Shown here: positions 30,645 through 40,592 of the stretch, one piece after another | How positions within the stretch are numbered: position 1 is the stretch's first letter | Layout: each line of letters begins with the position of its first letter | NCBI GenBank assembly: GCA_024720975.1 | Contig: JANJXX010000001.1 | Span: 345,839-409,838 of the forward strand | Reading direction: 5' to 3' | Length of the DNA: 64,000 nt | Origin: Thermoproteota archaeon | GTDB lineage: Archaea; Asgardarchaeota; Njordarchaeia; Njordarchaeales; Panguiarchaeaceae | Program-made: the position numbers and the translations under genes | The notes under the pieces: model-generated | What the model saw: only the letters and a program-made list of their open reading frames with translations | What the model was told of the DNA's origin: nothing | The model's database searches: none

Positions 30645-30866
30645 GTGTCTAAGCTGACCAAATGCGATTTTTGTGGCAGACAGATAATAAATCCGGCAAC
30701 ATTGTTCATCTACGTCCTTAAAACGGGGCGTGTGTTGCATTTCTGCTCCGGAAAGTGCCGAAAGAATTATCTACTTGGTCGCTCACCACGTAAGACTCTA
30801 TGGACACTTTATCGCAGGGGAGCCAAGCAGACTAAAACTAAGGAAAGCCCAGAAAGAGCTAGATGA
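30645..30866 (+). CDS. rpl24e: Ribosomal protein eL24
   Basis: CDFCG...FCSGKC...PRK..WT. Confidence 0.95.
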   Translation: MSKLTKCDFCGRQIINPATLFIYVLKTGRVLHFCSGKCRKNYLLGRSPRKTLWTLYRRGAKQTKTKESPERAR

Positions 30867-31242
30867 GATTGAACAGTCGAAGCATATCAAGAGATTTTTG
30901 CGATGTTTTTTCAGACCTTCCAGAATTGATTAATAATATCCTAGCGATCAGTGAGACCTCTTGCTGCAGCAGTTTAATTAAACCTTCTATGTCCTTAGCA
31001 CTTGTAGAATCATAATAAACAGTCATATCTATTCGGATAAACTCTTTGTTTACATCAACGACAGCATTCATAGGAACCTTAAGCATGTAGTCCTTTCCCC
31101 CGACGATTAAGTATACAGTCTTTGTCCTTAAATCCAAAAACATGCCCAGACAAACGCCTACGAGTGCTGAATTTTTGTCAATGACCTCTTTTCCGACAAT
31201 TTCACCAGGTACGTTATACTCAAATAGCTTAACAGCAGTCAT
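30859..31242 (-). CDS. PRC-barrel domain protein
   Basis: IVGKEVID.....VG....FLD......YLIV pattern plus C-terminal helix. Confidence 0.7.
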   Translation of the reverse strand: MTAVKLFEYNVPGEIVGKEVIDKNSALVGVCLGMFLDLRTKTVYLIVGGKDYMLKVPMNAVVDVNKEFIRIDMTVYYDSTSAKDIEGLIKLLQQEVSLIARILLINSGRSEKTSQKSLDMLRLFNLI

Positions 31243-31321
31243 ATAAACTCATCAAGTTTATCAGCGGGTCTCTCTTTATGAGCTTTATAAATGTAGAAAA
31301 TATTGTGACAATATCTCACGG

Positions 31322-31384
31322 TAATGATGATTCTAGGCGTTTCTGAGAGGGCAACTCTATGACGAACTGTAGCCCATCTGAACA
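31322..31384 (+). ncRNA. Box C/D sRNA
   Basis: C box ATGATGA 31324-30, 12-nt guide, D' CTGA 31343-46, C' ATGACGA 31359-65, 12-nt guide, D CTGA 31378-81; TTTATAAA at 31284. Confidence 0.85.
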
Positions 31385-31403
31385 CTCTAAGGTGCATTAT
31401 TAA

Positions 31404-32120
31404 TTGCCAAAAACTCATGCAATGAGAAACACCGAAATAACCGAAATTATGTACAGTGAGGAGCATTGGAAACTCTTGCGATCAAAAAGAGATAAAGGCG
31501 TAAGCATTCTGACATTTCTATCTCATCATGGTTTAAATCCATTCATATTCGGGAGTGTTGCACGTGGGGATGTTCATAAGGATTCTGATGTAGAGATTGT
31601 TGTTACGAACCATAAAGCGTTGTCTCAAATCGAGCTACTACTTCTAAATAATTTCAACTTGGAGGAAAAAATTATAGTTATGGCTACTCCTAGAAGTGCT
31701 CCTAAGGTCTATTTTAACATAAACCTTGAGGTAACAGTGGCAGTTCCTGCTGTCCCCCTCAATAAGAGCGAATACGAGTTTTATAGCTTTGGAGGAAAAA
31801 TACAGCTTCCAGAGGCCGCTGATTTTCGCAAAAGAGTCCCAGGAGTTAACAAGAAGCTTTGTTTAGTTTTACCAACGCGATATGGACATAAAGAATACTC
31901 CATAATCGGCCGCGAGAGTGAAGTTGCAAGAATTTTGGGGATTAGCATACAAACGGTCATCGAGCGAGAAACTATGTTGCTAAGAAGAAGACGAGCTGGC
32001 AGAGCTGGTGTTTTCTTAAAAGTCTACCTAGAACCATATGAAAGCACAGAGAAAGAGCTGGCAAAGCTTCAGGACTCTAATCCTGCTGTTAGAAGACTTC
32101 TCAGGGAGAGGGGTATTTAA
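31404..32120 (+). CDS. Predicted nucleotidyltransferase (COG2413-like)
   Basis: GSVARGDVHKDSDVE, FYSFGG, RVPGVNKKL, GRAGVFL. Confidence 0.85.
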   Translation: MPKTHAMRNTEITEIMYSEEHWKLLRSKRDKGVSILTFLSHHGLNPFIFGSVARGDVHKDSDVEIVVTNHKALSQIELLLLNNFNLEEKIIVMATPRSAPKVYFNINLEVTVAVPAVPLNKSEYEFYSFGGKIQLPEAADFRKRVPGVNKKLCLVLPTRYGHKEYSIIGRESEVARILGISIQTVIERETMLLRRRRAGRAGVFLKVYLEPYESTEKELAKLQDSNPAVRRLLRERGI

Positions 32121-32160
32121 AAATTCAGTGCGTGCTTGAAAGCTTAATTATGTTCAGGAT

Positions 32161-32844
32161 CTATATGTTCAAGCGATTGCCTGAATGACCACCTTCCCTT
32201 GATACAACGACTTCTAGTGGAGTCAAAATAAGCTCCTTAGGAGTTTCCTTGAAGATTTTCTTTAGTATGTAGTCTCTAAAACCAAGCAGTTCTAAACAGT
32301 CTCTCAGAAATCTTGGACTTATCATTTCATATATAGATGATGCCCTGGAGCCTACCAACAATCTTAATCTTTTACTGTTAAGGAGCTTGTTGTTTCTACG
32401 AATGAGTTTAACATAACCCGCTCTTGTGCGAGAATCGGCGACTATAAAATCTCGAAACTGCAACTCTATAAATTTGTAGTACTGTGAGAAAATATGCAGT
32501 GTTCTTGGATTTATCAACTCAGGTAAGGTCTCGAGACGTACACTTATCACAGAAACCTGTGGAATCTTAAGCCCCTCAATAAATTCTCGATTACTCCTAG
32601 CCTGGAGGAATATTATTTTACGACCGAAGGCCTCACTTAGTGTACTTTTGCTGCGTGAATCTATCGTTATTATGGGTATTAATTTGGGGCTATTTTCAAT
32701 TTGAATTTCACTGATGTCTACATCTAGGTTTGAGGTCTCAACCAATAGGTACTTGAGGCCCATGTGTTTACCTAGGAGCACCATCTGCTTTAAGCTTTCT
32801 AGATCTTTCGGGTTAATTACATCGATCAATGCTCCTGGCACCAT
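32161..32844 (-). CDS. Probable divergent RNase P subunit Rpp30 (PHP-like fold)
   Basis: Size, IELQF...R pattern, SRASSIYEMISPR...LLGF resembling Rpp30 C-terminus; start 32844 avoids overlap. Confidence 0.55.
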   Translation of the reverse strand: MVPGALIDVINPKDLESLKQMVLLGKHMGLKYLLVETSNLDVDISEIQIENSPKLIPIITIDSRSKSTLSEAFGRKIIFLQARSNREFIEGLKIPQVSVISVRLETLPELINPRTLHIFSQYYKFIELQFRDFIVADSRTRAGYVKLIRRNNKLLNSKRLRLLVGSRASSIYEMISPRFLRDCLELLGFRDYILKKIFKETPKELILTPLEVVVSREGGHSGNRLNI

Positions 32845-32848
32845 CTGA

Positions 32849-34018
32849 TCAATCTTTGGTATAGATTGTGAGTATGTCGCCATCTTGAAGTTCATAGTCT
32901 AAACCCACAATTTTGTGCTTAATTGGAGATCCTTCGCGCTCAATTACAGCATATCGAAACTTCTCAACAAAACTGTTGTGAATTTTTTCGCATGCATCCC
33001 TAACAGTTGCCGGCCTTCTGAGAACTAGCGCTCTATCTCTATTGACCTTACCTCCTTTTTTAGTCCATACGCGCAGTAGATTCATCTCCTCGAATATTGT
33101 TCTTCCAAGTAAATCAACATAATTATCGCGATACACACTGAATGGAATTATTGATAACACTCTGCTTACTTCCGATAACTTCCCCTTCACATGTTCTAAG
33201 ATCTTATTTTCGTCGTCAGCAGCATCGACCTTATTCAATATAATTACCCCTTTCTTGAATGCGATCTTTGGGTTAAGAGCAAGGTATAAGTCAAACTCGG
33301 ACACGTGGTCTTTAAACTCTACTATGCAATTTACTAGACGGTAACTCGCGAGGATTTCCTTCAGTTCCTCAATAGAAAACGGAGAAAACTCATGTCCAAT
33401 TATTGTGATACCTCCCCTAGAAAGTTTCTTAACCTCAATTGGTGGTTTAGGTCGAAGAGTGATGTTCGCATCCTGCATTGCCGAGATCAATGTCGAAAGT
33501 TGCCAGTCTATGTCCTGCGTTACGTCAATTACGAGCCCTACGAGGTCTGAATTATAGGCAATCCCCATTATCGCTCTTCCATTGGGTGTCTTATCGATAT
33601 CATCACTTAGTATTGGGGGTGTATCGACGATATGAAATTCACAACCTTCCCACTTGAAGATCCCATCTTGGGGAATTTGCGTTGGCCTACCTATAGCATA
33701 TTTCGATCCCGTAAGCCTATTCACAATACTAGTTTTACCAACGTAAGGTGTTCCTAAAAGGACTACCTGACCATCCCCTTTTTTACGGAGCGAGAATAAT
33801 GTGCTCGTTCTGCTTTTCCTAGCCTCGGCTTCCTTCGCTAGCTCTGCACGCAACTTTGCAAGCTTCAGTTTTAGATCTTTCAAAAGCTTCTCTGTTCCCT
33901 TATGTTTAGGAATACAGCCTATTAGATCCTCTAGCGCAACTATTTTCTCTTTTGTCGTTTGCGCCTCTTCGTATTTCTTATAGTATTCAGCACATCTAGG
34001 CGGAACGTTCGTTACCAT
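32849..34018 (-). CDS. DRG/Obg-family GTPase with TGS domain
   Basis: PKHKGTEKL, GTPYVGKTS, NKVD, C-terminal TGS (IH...VGLDYELQDGD). Confidence 0.9.
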   Translation of the reverse strand: MVTNVPPRCAEYYKKYEEAQTTKEKIVALEDLIGCIPKHKGTEKLLKDLKLKLAKLRAELAKEAEARKSRTSTLFSLRKKGDGQVVLLGTPYVGKTSIVNRLTGSKYAIGRPTQIPQDGIFKWEGCEFHIVDTPPILSDDIDKTPNGRAIMGIAYNSDLVGLVIDVTQDIDWQLSTLISAMQDANITLRPKPPIEVKKLSRGGITIIGHEFSPFSIEELKEILASYRLVNCIVEFKDHVSEFDLYLALNPKIAFKKGVIILNKVDAADDENKILEHVKGKLSEVSRVLSIIPFSVYRDNYVDLLGRTIFEEMNLLRVWTKKGGKVNRDRALVLRRPATVRDACEKIHNSFVEKFRYAVIEREGSPIKHKIVGLDYELQDGDILTIYTKD

Positions 34019-34183
34019 AGCGAAGTTAACCCGGACAGCTTAATTTTGTACATGATCAAAGGCGATATGTGTCAAAGACATAATTAAAGTACAATAACAA
34101 CAGATTAAATTCGATTTTGCTTTTCAGATTAGATCTATACTAATAACGCACAAATAGGGCTTTGTAAGAATTGGTGAATTTTT

Positions 34184-36130
34184 ATGAGGCGGTTTGTAAA
34201 ACTAAGCACAACAATGATATTAATCTGCTTAATTCTAGCAATTCCGACGATGTCCATGTTAACCCTAGCTACTCCGCCTGACATTGTCGTTCACATTAGA
34301 AGTCCGGACAGCACACCTGATTACGCACCTGAAATAATACTACCCCAGAATCAAACAGAAATCTGGCTTAATCGAACCGTCAGAATTTCTGAGTTTCTAT
34401 TCATCAGAGTTATTGATGAGTTTAATATTAGCAATACTAAGGATCGACCGTTTACTGCAATCGTTGTATACTATCCAGTAAAATTCTGGGAGGACATGAT
34501 ATCAATTACTGTACTGGGTGCCTATAGAAATGACAGTTTCAGATCTTTAGAGTATGCGCTTTACTATAGGTCAAAAGAATACGTCGGTGTGCTGGTAAAG
34601 TTCTATACGTTACTGGATAAGTATTCTCTGATACTTCAAAACACATTCAAAGTCAGAGTAATTTTCGAACTCAGAGAGGGCCTGTTCGAAATCAAACCAT
34701 ACGGAACTAAGCTAGGCATATACCTAAACATGACCCCAACACCATTTGTTCCCTATCCAATAAAAAGTCTAGTAGTCAGCTTTATATCACCAGAAGACAC
34801 TACGCTTGAGTTCGATTACGTTAAACCAACTTCCGGCAAGACGCTTTTTGGCGGTAACAACTTCAGGTATTCTAAAGAAAATCTTCCTCCGATGGATCCC
34901 TCACTAAATCTAACAAAGCAATTAAGTAGGTACGGCTTTGAGAGTGAGGTATGTGCCCTTTGGTCCACTACTAAGGCAATACCTGTCGTTAGGCATGCGA
35001 ATCGCTCTGTATTTGTAACTAGATCTTACCAGGTTTACATTGTTGATAATTTAGTCGTATCCTGCTATTCTCTTGAAGCACCCGCAGAAAATCCGGAGGA
35101 GTCAAAATGGAAACTTTCAAGCATAAGAGTTGGGTTGGCTGCAAATGTTTCTCAGATCATAGAGGTCAAAGATAACACAAGGAAACTAAGCTATGCGAAG
35201 GACCTAGATAAAGACCTACCAGAGTCCATTTACGTGCTAAGAGTGGACTTTCCAACACCTATTGTCGCTGGAGAAAGCAGGAATATTTACATAAAGTACC
35301 TCATAAAGCTAGATAAAAAGTTCATAAGCGGTGATAAATTTAATTTGAAGTTGCCAATAGCACCCCTTTTGAACACTTCGCTATATACACTTAAATTGTC
35401 GATAAAGACATCAGCTCCTACAATTATTAACTTGCCTAAGGGTTATATTGCAAGATACTATAGCAGCGGTATGGAGAACCTCTTCATTTCACAATTCAAG
35501 CAAGTAGTTCTTGCATTCGAAAGATTGAATCCCAAAGACATCGACTATGCACTGCTGACTATAGGCTATGACTGGAAGATATTCTTGAGCTCATACTTTA
35601 TACTTCTAATCTATGTGCTTATAGCCTCGATAGCTACAGTCGAGATCTCGTGCAGTATTCATAGGCTGGCTCGTAAACCAGTTAAACCCAAGGAGGTCAA
35701 GAAAATTGCGGACTTAGAAAAGTTTATCACGAACTATGAAACAATAATAGCAACTGATAAGGACTTATGGGCTGCAGCCTATGAGAATTTGCTGCTTAGA
35801 AGACCAGTAATGACGTTCATTAGCGATTATTCTAAGAAGATTATCAAACTTGGCGAAAAAATAGACTTGATGTTCATTACAATGAAGGGATTAAAATCTA
35901 TTGCTGAGCTCTATGATTACCTAATCGAGTTGGAGAAAGTTGAAGAAAGATTAAGCATCTACAAACAAAGACTCATAGAGTCTGCGGAGCGATATACGCG
36001 GGGTGAACTTCCCGATGCTGTATACACAACTAGAGTTGAAGCGATTCTACTAAACCTAAAAGACGATCTCAATAGAAGAGAAATGTTAATCGCGAAGATA
36101 CGTGACTGGTATTTGTCCTTAACAACGTAA
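34184..36130 (+). CDS. Ribophorin-I (Ost1/RPN1)-like type I membrane protein
   Basis: Signal peptide, two repeated beta-rich domains (NRTVRIS...IDEFNISN; NRSVFVT...IVDNLVV), one TM near residues 467-490, helical cytosolic tail. Confidence 0.6.
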   Translation: MRRFVKLSTTMILICLILAIPTMSMLTLATPPDIVVHIRSPDSTPDYAPEIILPQNQTEIWLNRTVRISEFLFIRVIDEFNISNTKDRPFTAIVVYYPVKFWEDMISITVLGAYRNDSFRSLEYALYYRSKEYVGVLVKFYTLLDKYSLILQNTFKVRVIFELREGLFEIKPYGTKLGIYLNMTPTPFVPYPIKSLVVSFISPEDTTLEFDYVKPTSGKTLFGGNNFRYSKENLPPMDPSLNLTKQLSRYGFESEVCALWSTTKAIPVVRHANRSVFVTRSYQVYIVDNLVVSCYSLEAPAENPEESKWKLSSIRVGLAANVSQIIEVKDNTRKLSYAKDLDKDLPESIYVLRVDFPTPIVAGESRNIYIKYLIKLDKKFISGDKFNLKLPIAPLLNTSLYTLKLSIKTSAPTIINLPKGYIARYYSSGMENLFISQFKQVVLAFERLNPKDIDYALLTIGYDWKIFLSSYFILLIYVLIASIATVEISCSIHRLARKPVKPKEVKKIADLEKFITNYETIIATDKDLWAAAYENLLLRRPVMTFISDYSKKIIKLGEKIDLMFITMKGLKSIAELYDYLIELEKVEERLSIYKQRLIESAERYTRGELPDAVYTTRVEAILLNLKDDLNRREMLIAKIRDWYLSLTT

Positions 36131-36209
36131 TTTCTGCGAACCTTTTCACAAAACTTAATTACAATTTTTCCAGAATTTGGTATAACTTTGCTTATTAATG
36201 CCGAATACT

Positions 36210-36653
36210 CTACGTTTTTCTGTGTGTCCTCAGGTAATTTTGTAAACTGACTATTTCCCTTTCTAACTCCTCTGCTACTTGAATCAAATCTTCTATCGTT
36301 TTTGAGATTTTATTCAACGATTCGCGTAGACTATCCTCTCTTTCCCTCAGCGTTGATATGGCATCATCGATGGTCATGTAAACACACGTATTAGCACCAA
36401 CGTTAACTAGTATTTTGTCCCCTATTTCTCCTTTTACATAGATAAACACATTAGGCCCCAAAGATATGAATCCGTTTAGCAGCTTCAAATTTCTGTTTTT
36501 TATCTTTTCTAGGGCATCTATCGTTATTAGAAGTTCCTCTAAGTCTCTCCTGTTATTTTCATAGAGCAACCTATAGGCCTGTACAGTCTGCTGAATGTTC
36601 AAATAACGTGCATATTTTTCGCGAAGGACTTGCTCGATCTGCTCCGAAGCCAT
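36210..36653 (-). CDS. pfdA: Prefoldin alpha subunit
   Basis: Coiled coil, ISLGPNVFI...ILVNVGAN hairpins, coiled coil; follows eL20. Confidence 0.92.
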   Translation of the reverse strand: MASEQIEQVLREKYARYLNIQQTVQAYRLLYENNRRDLEELLITIDALEKIKNRNLKLLNGFISLGPNVFIYVKGEIGDKILVNVGANTCVYMTIDDAISTLREREDSLRESLNKISKTIEDLIQVAEELEREIVSLQNYLRTHRKT

Positions 36654-36901
36654 TATTCCTCAACATACAAAACTGGATCCTTGCTTAGAGCGATTTTTTG
36701 TAGTTTCCGATTTTTAAGCTCAGTGGGACTTATCTCATCAACTTTTATAATTTTTATGTCAAGTCTCTTGATTTTTTGCGAACCAAGGAGGCTATAGAAT
36801 TTCTCGAGCGCTTCGTTAATACTCAAAGCTCGTATTTCTTTATATAGGGTAAAGATCCTTCCTTGGCTACGATATTTTGCTAATATCCTGAAGTTCTTCA
36901 C
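36653..36901 (-). CDS. rplX: Ribosomal protein eL20 (LX/L18Ae)
   Basis: KEIRAL...ALEKFYSLLGS..IKR..IKI; GTG 36901 chosen as start. Confidence 0.9.
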   Translation of the reverse strand: MKNFRILAKYRSQGRIFTLYKEIRALSINEALEKFYSLLGSQKIKRLDIKIIKVDEISPTELKNRKLQKIALSKDPVLYVEE

Positions 36902-36920
36902 ATACAACTTCCACACCAAC

Positions 36921-37313
36921 TCATGAACTAAGTACATATATAAGCACTAATAAAGTCAAGGAAGGAAGTATAAGTATTGGGACGAAAAACTTTATAGGAT
37001 CAACTGTTGCTGAAACTAGGTTTGAAAAACCCATGGCAAAAACAAGTGATATGAGTACATACACCGGAGTTACCAGTATATGTGCAATCAGAATCGGCTC
37101 AATGTCATATTTAGAGATAATTTTAGTGGACAAATAACTGCCCACCACCATAGAAATAAAAGCAAAGCATAGCGCTGCAATCATTACCGTTAGCAAGATT
37201 AGGATCAACTCATAAATCCCCCCTATGGTAATTCTATAAGCGAAGGCATGTATTATAGTGCTATTCACAGTGAAACCTATCCCATATGAAAAAATCCACG
37301 ATCCTTTTTTCAT
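36921..37313 (-). CDS. Hypothetical 4-TM membrane protein
   Basis: 130-aa strongly hydrophobic ORF within a minus-strand gene string. Confidence 0.65.
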   Translation of the reverse strand: MKKGSWIFSYGIGFTVNSTIIHAFAYRITIGGIYELILILLTVMIAALCFAFISMVVGSYLSTKIISKYDIEPILIAHILVTPVYVLISLVFAMGFSNLVSATVDPIKFFVPILILPSLTLLVLIYVLSS

Positions 37314-37324
37314 GGTAACCTACC

Positions 37325-37876
37325 TTATTCCTCTGCTTCAGTTAATTCGAGATATATAACTTCATCTGACGCATTTTTAAGCGCTGTTGAAAACCCTTGT
37401 TCATAGCCAGCAATGATGGCTTTTATACCCTTCTCTTTTATCTTATGAACGATAGGAAGACATCTGCTGTCTCTACTTACAATTACAAAAAAATCGGGCG
37501 AGCATTCGTATATCATACGCGCAGCTTCTATGGCTAGCGTTACGTACGTTATATTTTCTTGAGTTAGAATAACCTCAAAACCACTGGTTTGGAGTGCTTT
37601 TATGAGTGATGTTGGTGCATCTGATGTTACTATGGCTTTGGCTGCCCTTATTCGACCGTAATTCTTAGCTTTTCTTATAACATCCTTTAGAGACAACCGC
37701 TTTCCGTCAATTTTACGCAACATGTTAGGTCCGTCGATCAGAATTACAACCTCGTAACTTAAGCTTTTGAAAATCCTCTTGAAGTATTCTTTAAGTCGAT
37801 TCAAAGTGCTGAGGCCTCCGGTAATTTCTACTAATCCTGAAGTTTCTTCAATATTTTCTTCCATGTAATCTCCCAT
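37325..37876 (-). CDS. NYN-domain protein (TIGR00288-like)
   Basis: LIDGPNML, SRDS, GFSTALKNASD. Confidence 0.85.
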   Translation of the reverse strand: MGDYMEENIEETSGLVEITGGLSTLNRLKEYFKRIFKSLSYEVVILIDGPNMLRKIDGKRLSLKDVIRKAKNYGRIRAAKAIVTSDAPTSLIKALQTSGFEVILTQENITYVTLAIEAARMIYECSPDFFVIVSRDSRCLPIVHKIKEKGIKAIIAGYEQGFSTALKNASDEVIYLELTEAEE

Positions 37877-37916
37877 AAGATGATAGTTCTATTAGAACAC
37901 ACCATTAATTACTGAG

Positions 37917-38747
37917 TTATGTTTGAATTATGTTCACTGTAGTTTTGTATTTTTTTGCGTCTGGCATACTAGCTAGCAGCGACTCCACTTTCTTAGCAAA
38001 CTCCATTGCTGTATTTCGTATCTCATTTTTTTCGAATCCTTCAACCCAGATTGCATATCTGGGTGCGCTCTCATATTTCACCTCTACATTCTTGAAATCT
38101 TTCAGTGCTTCTAATAACGCATTTCGTATGCGGATGACACCGTCTGGGGCCAAGGTTGATATATCAAGTAAAAATTTCATCTTCTGTCTTCTGATAGATA
38201 TACTTTCGCTGGCTGTTTTGAAGACAATGTCAACGTACTCCGGGGGAACGCCACACTCTTCAAGAATTTGTTTACCTCTAATCACTGCATCTTCCATACC
38301 ATCGAACGGTGTCTCATAGCAATTCATTAACGGAACATATATCTTCTCAACAACAGACTTCCAATCGAGTCCTATCTTGCTGCTTATAAGCAAAGCAAGA
38401 CGGATAGATCTATTTAGCTTTCTCCAATATGATAACTTTGACTGAGACTCTTTCTTAGATAAACGCCTGAGCGAAGCATCGATATAACCTCCCTTCCCAA
38501 CTTTAATAACCCTGGCAACGACTATTTGCTCTAGCTTATAGTATTGTCTCAGCGAGCGAACGATACCCCACTCGAGCTCTCTTAGGGGAACATAAGCTGT
38601 CTTGCCATACTCAGGCAAGTGAATGTATAGGCCATGATCTTGAATATCCACAACTCTTCCTACGACGATTTCGCCGGGGTGTGGAATGTCACGACGATAC
38701 AATATGCTGCAAAATTCATGAATGGGAATTTCAACCTCAGTAGACAT
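37917..38747 (-). CDS. eif2a: Translation initiation factor aIF2 alpha
   Basis: S1 domain (PHPGEIVVG...LPEYG...IDASLRR), DGVIRIR, APRY; ATG 38747 chosen as start. Confidence 0.93.
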   Translation of the reverse strand: MSTEVEIPIHEFCSILYRRDIPHPGEIVVGRVVDIQDHGLYIHLPEYGKTAYVPLRELEWGIVRSLRQYYKLEQIVVARVIKVGKGGYIDASLRRLSKKESQSKLSYWRKLNRSIRLALLISSKIGLDWKSVVEKIYVPLMNCYETPFDGMEDAVIRGKQILEECGVPPEYVDIVFKTASESISIRRQKMKFLLDISTLAPDGVIRIRNALLEALKDFKNVEVKYESAPRYAIWVEGFEKNEIRNTAMEFAKKVESLLASMPDAKKYKTTVNIIQT

Positions 38748-38962
38748 TATTGCATCCCTATTATTAACTCTAATGCAGAAACCCCAATGCTTTATCAAGT
38801 CTGAATTTTGCTAATAAACTTTTAACGTTAATAACCTAATGGCTTCCCAGGGGTATTATTATTTATTTAATATCAGCAAATGTTTGTAAAAAGCAGTGCC
38901 ACACATACAACATTAGTAGGCTTGATGTTCAAGACTGAATTCCTACAAGCTTGGTGTTAGAT

Positions 38963-39691
38963 ATGGGGAAGAGAACAAGAGCTCAGCGCTACGGAAGAGG
39001 GACTAATGCATTTAGATCTCCGCCCAATATTCACATAGCACCAGCAAAAATCCCAGATTGGCCTGAAACAATGTCAGAAGGACAAAAAATTATTGGCGTG
39101 ATCGAGGATATTGTACATGATGCAGGACGCTCCGCACCTCTTGCTGTCATAAGAACCTGGAGAGAGAACCGCGTTGAACGCATTTACTTGCCTTGTGTAG
39201 AAGGTTTATATGTTGGGAAGGAAATCCACGTTGGGATGGACGCGGAGTTAGATCTAGGAAATGTAGTTCCATTAGGAAAAGTTCCAGAAGGGTTCTACGT
39301 GTCAAACATCGAAAAAACTCCTGGTGATGGAGGCAGATATGCACGCGCTGGAGGTTCATACGCGATAGTTAGAGCGCATGATCCCAAACGTGGTGTGACA
39401 GAACTTATTTTACCATCGAAGCGCATAATAAGCATTGACTCAAGGTGTAGATGCCAGGTAGGTATAATCGCAGGCAGTGGCCGAGAAGAGCTGCCACTTG
39501 TGAAAGCTGGAAATGCTTATTACAAATGGAAAAAACGCCCACGAAAATGGCCTAGAACACGCGGAACTGCTATGAATCCTGTAGATCATCGCCACGGAGG
39601 CGGCCGAAGGCGCCGACCCGTAGCGCGAAATGCACCCCCCGGGAAGAAAGTTGGTATAATAGCACCAAAGCGCGTAGGAAAGCGCAGTTAG
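38963..39691 (+). CDS. rpl2: Ribosomal protein uL2
   Basis: MGKR...QR.GRG, HDAGRSAP, WPRTRGTAMNPVDH, PPGKKVG. Confidence 0.97.
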   Translation: MGKRTRAQRYGRGTNAFRSPPNIHIAPAKIPDWPETMSEGQKIIGVIEDIVHDAGRSAPLAVIRTWRENRVERIYLPCVEGLYVGKEIHVGMDAELDLGNVVPLGKVPEGFYVSNIEKTPGDGGRYARAGGSYAIVRAHDPKRGVTELILPSKRIISIDSRCRCQVGIIAGSGREELPLVKAGNAYYKWKKRPRKWPRTRGTAMNPVDHRHGGGRRRRPVARNAPPGKKVGIIAPKRVGKRS

Positions 39692-39793
39692 AGCACAATA
39701 CTACCTTCATGACCCTGCGTACACTTATCATACCATCAATACTTTTTATTGCTAATTCCACTTCTTTGCAGATACGGATAGAGTACAGGATAT

Positions 39794-40528
39794 CTACCTT
39801 ATCAGCACGTTATGCATACGAGCCAACTCGACTCCGGATGTTTTGTTTCCGACTAATAAAGCATAGTCATTCGCAACTGCCCCACTTCGCACAATAGGAC
39901 TCCCCATGTTAACTGTGCTTACGATTGTTTTCTCTGGCAAGATGTTGAACAATTTTCTGAGTTCTTCTATTTCATTCTCGTTGAATAAGGGTGACAGAAC
40001 TAAAGCTCTACTGTTCACTAAAGCAAAACTTCCTAATGCTTCAGTAAGGCTTGTTTTGAAGGGAACAACCTCCACATTGAGAACATCTTCGATTTTATTC
40101 ATAGCCTCTCGATTTCTTCTGTATAGGTTATCATGGATTACAGCTATCATATCGTTAAGAAGGATAAAGTTTCCGAATGCATTGTTGGGTGTATTCTTGA
40201 GCTCAATTTTCTCGACAATAACTGCATCACCGAGAAATCTCTTGACATTCATTAATTCAACATCTAGTGTTTGAGGAGGTAATACGACACCATGCGAATT
40301 TGCCGCTACAAAGCAACCAACAAGATCTTCTTCGTAGATTCTTTGCATTAGTAGGGGGATTTTGGTGATTTTTCTTATTATATCCAGTGTCTGTGGTCGA
40401 AAACCCTCTCCTACTATGCAAAACTTGTTAGTGAGGACTATGTACGCACCGATATTCCAGGAGCCCATGTAGTCTATTACGGCATAGTTCTCCATTGTTT
40501 CGAGATTTTTCTGTATCTCTATCACCAC
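39794..40528 (-). CDS. eif6: Translation factor aIF6
   Basis: NIGAY, VGCFVAANSHG, TVNMGSPIVRSGAVAND, TSGVEL. Confidence 0.93.
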   Translation of the reverse strand: MVIEIQKNLETMENYAVIDYMGSWNIGAYIVLTNKFCIVGEGFRPQTLDIIRKITKIPLLMQRIYEEDLVGCFVAANSHGVVLPPQTLDVELMNVKRFLGDAVIVEKIELKNTPNNAFGNFILLNDMIAVIHDNLYRRNREAMNKIEDVLNVEVVPFKTSLTEALGSFALVNSRALVLSPLFNENEIEELRKLFNILPEKTIVSTVNMGSPIVRSGAVANDYALLVGNKTSGVELARMHNVLIR

Positions 40529-40592
40529 ACAGACTTTTCCTAATTACGTTTTTTGGTATTATACTATTCGTTGTTGAAAAATAGGTGTCTTA

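Noticed and set aside
32849-34018. G3 motif DTPP instead of DxxG, suggesting a dead GTPase
   Set aside because: I recall this variant in a wider TGS-GTPase subfamily with an M-x-x-N-x-P-P N-terminus, so it is not treated as novel; not verified.
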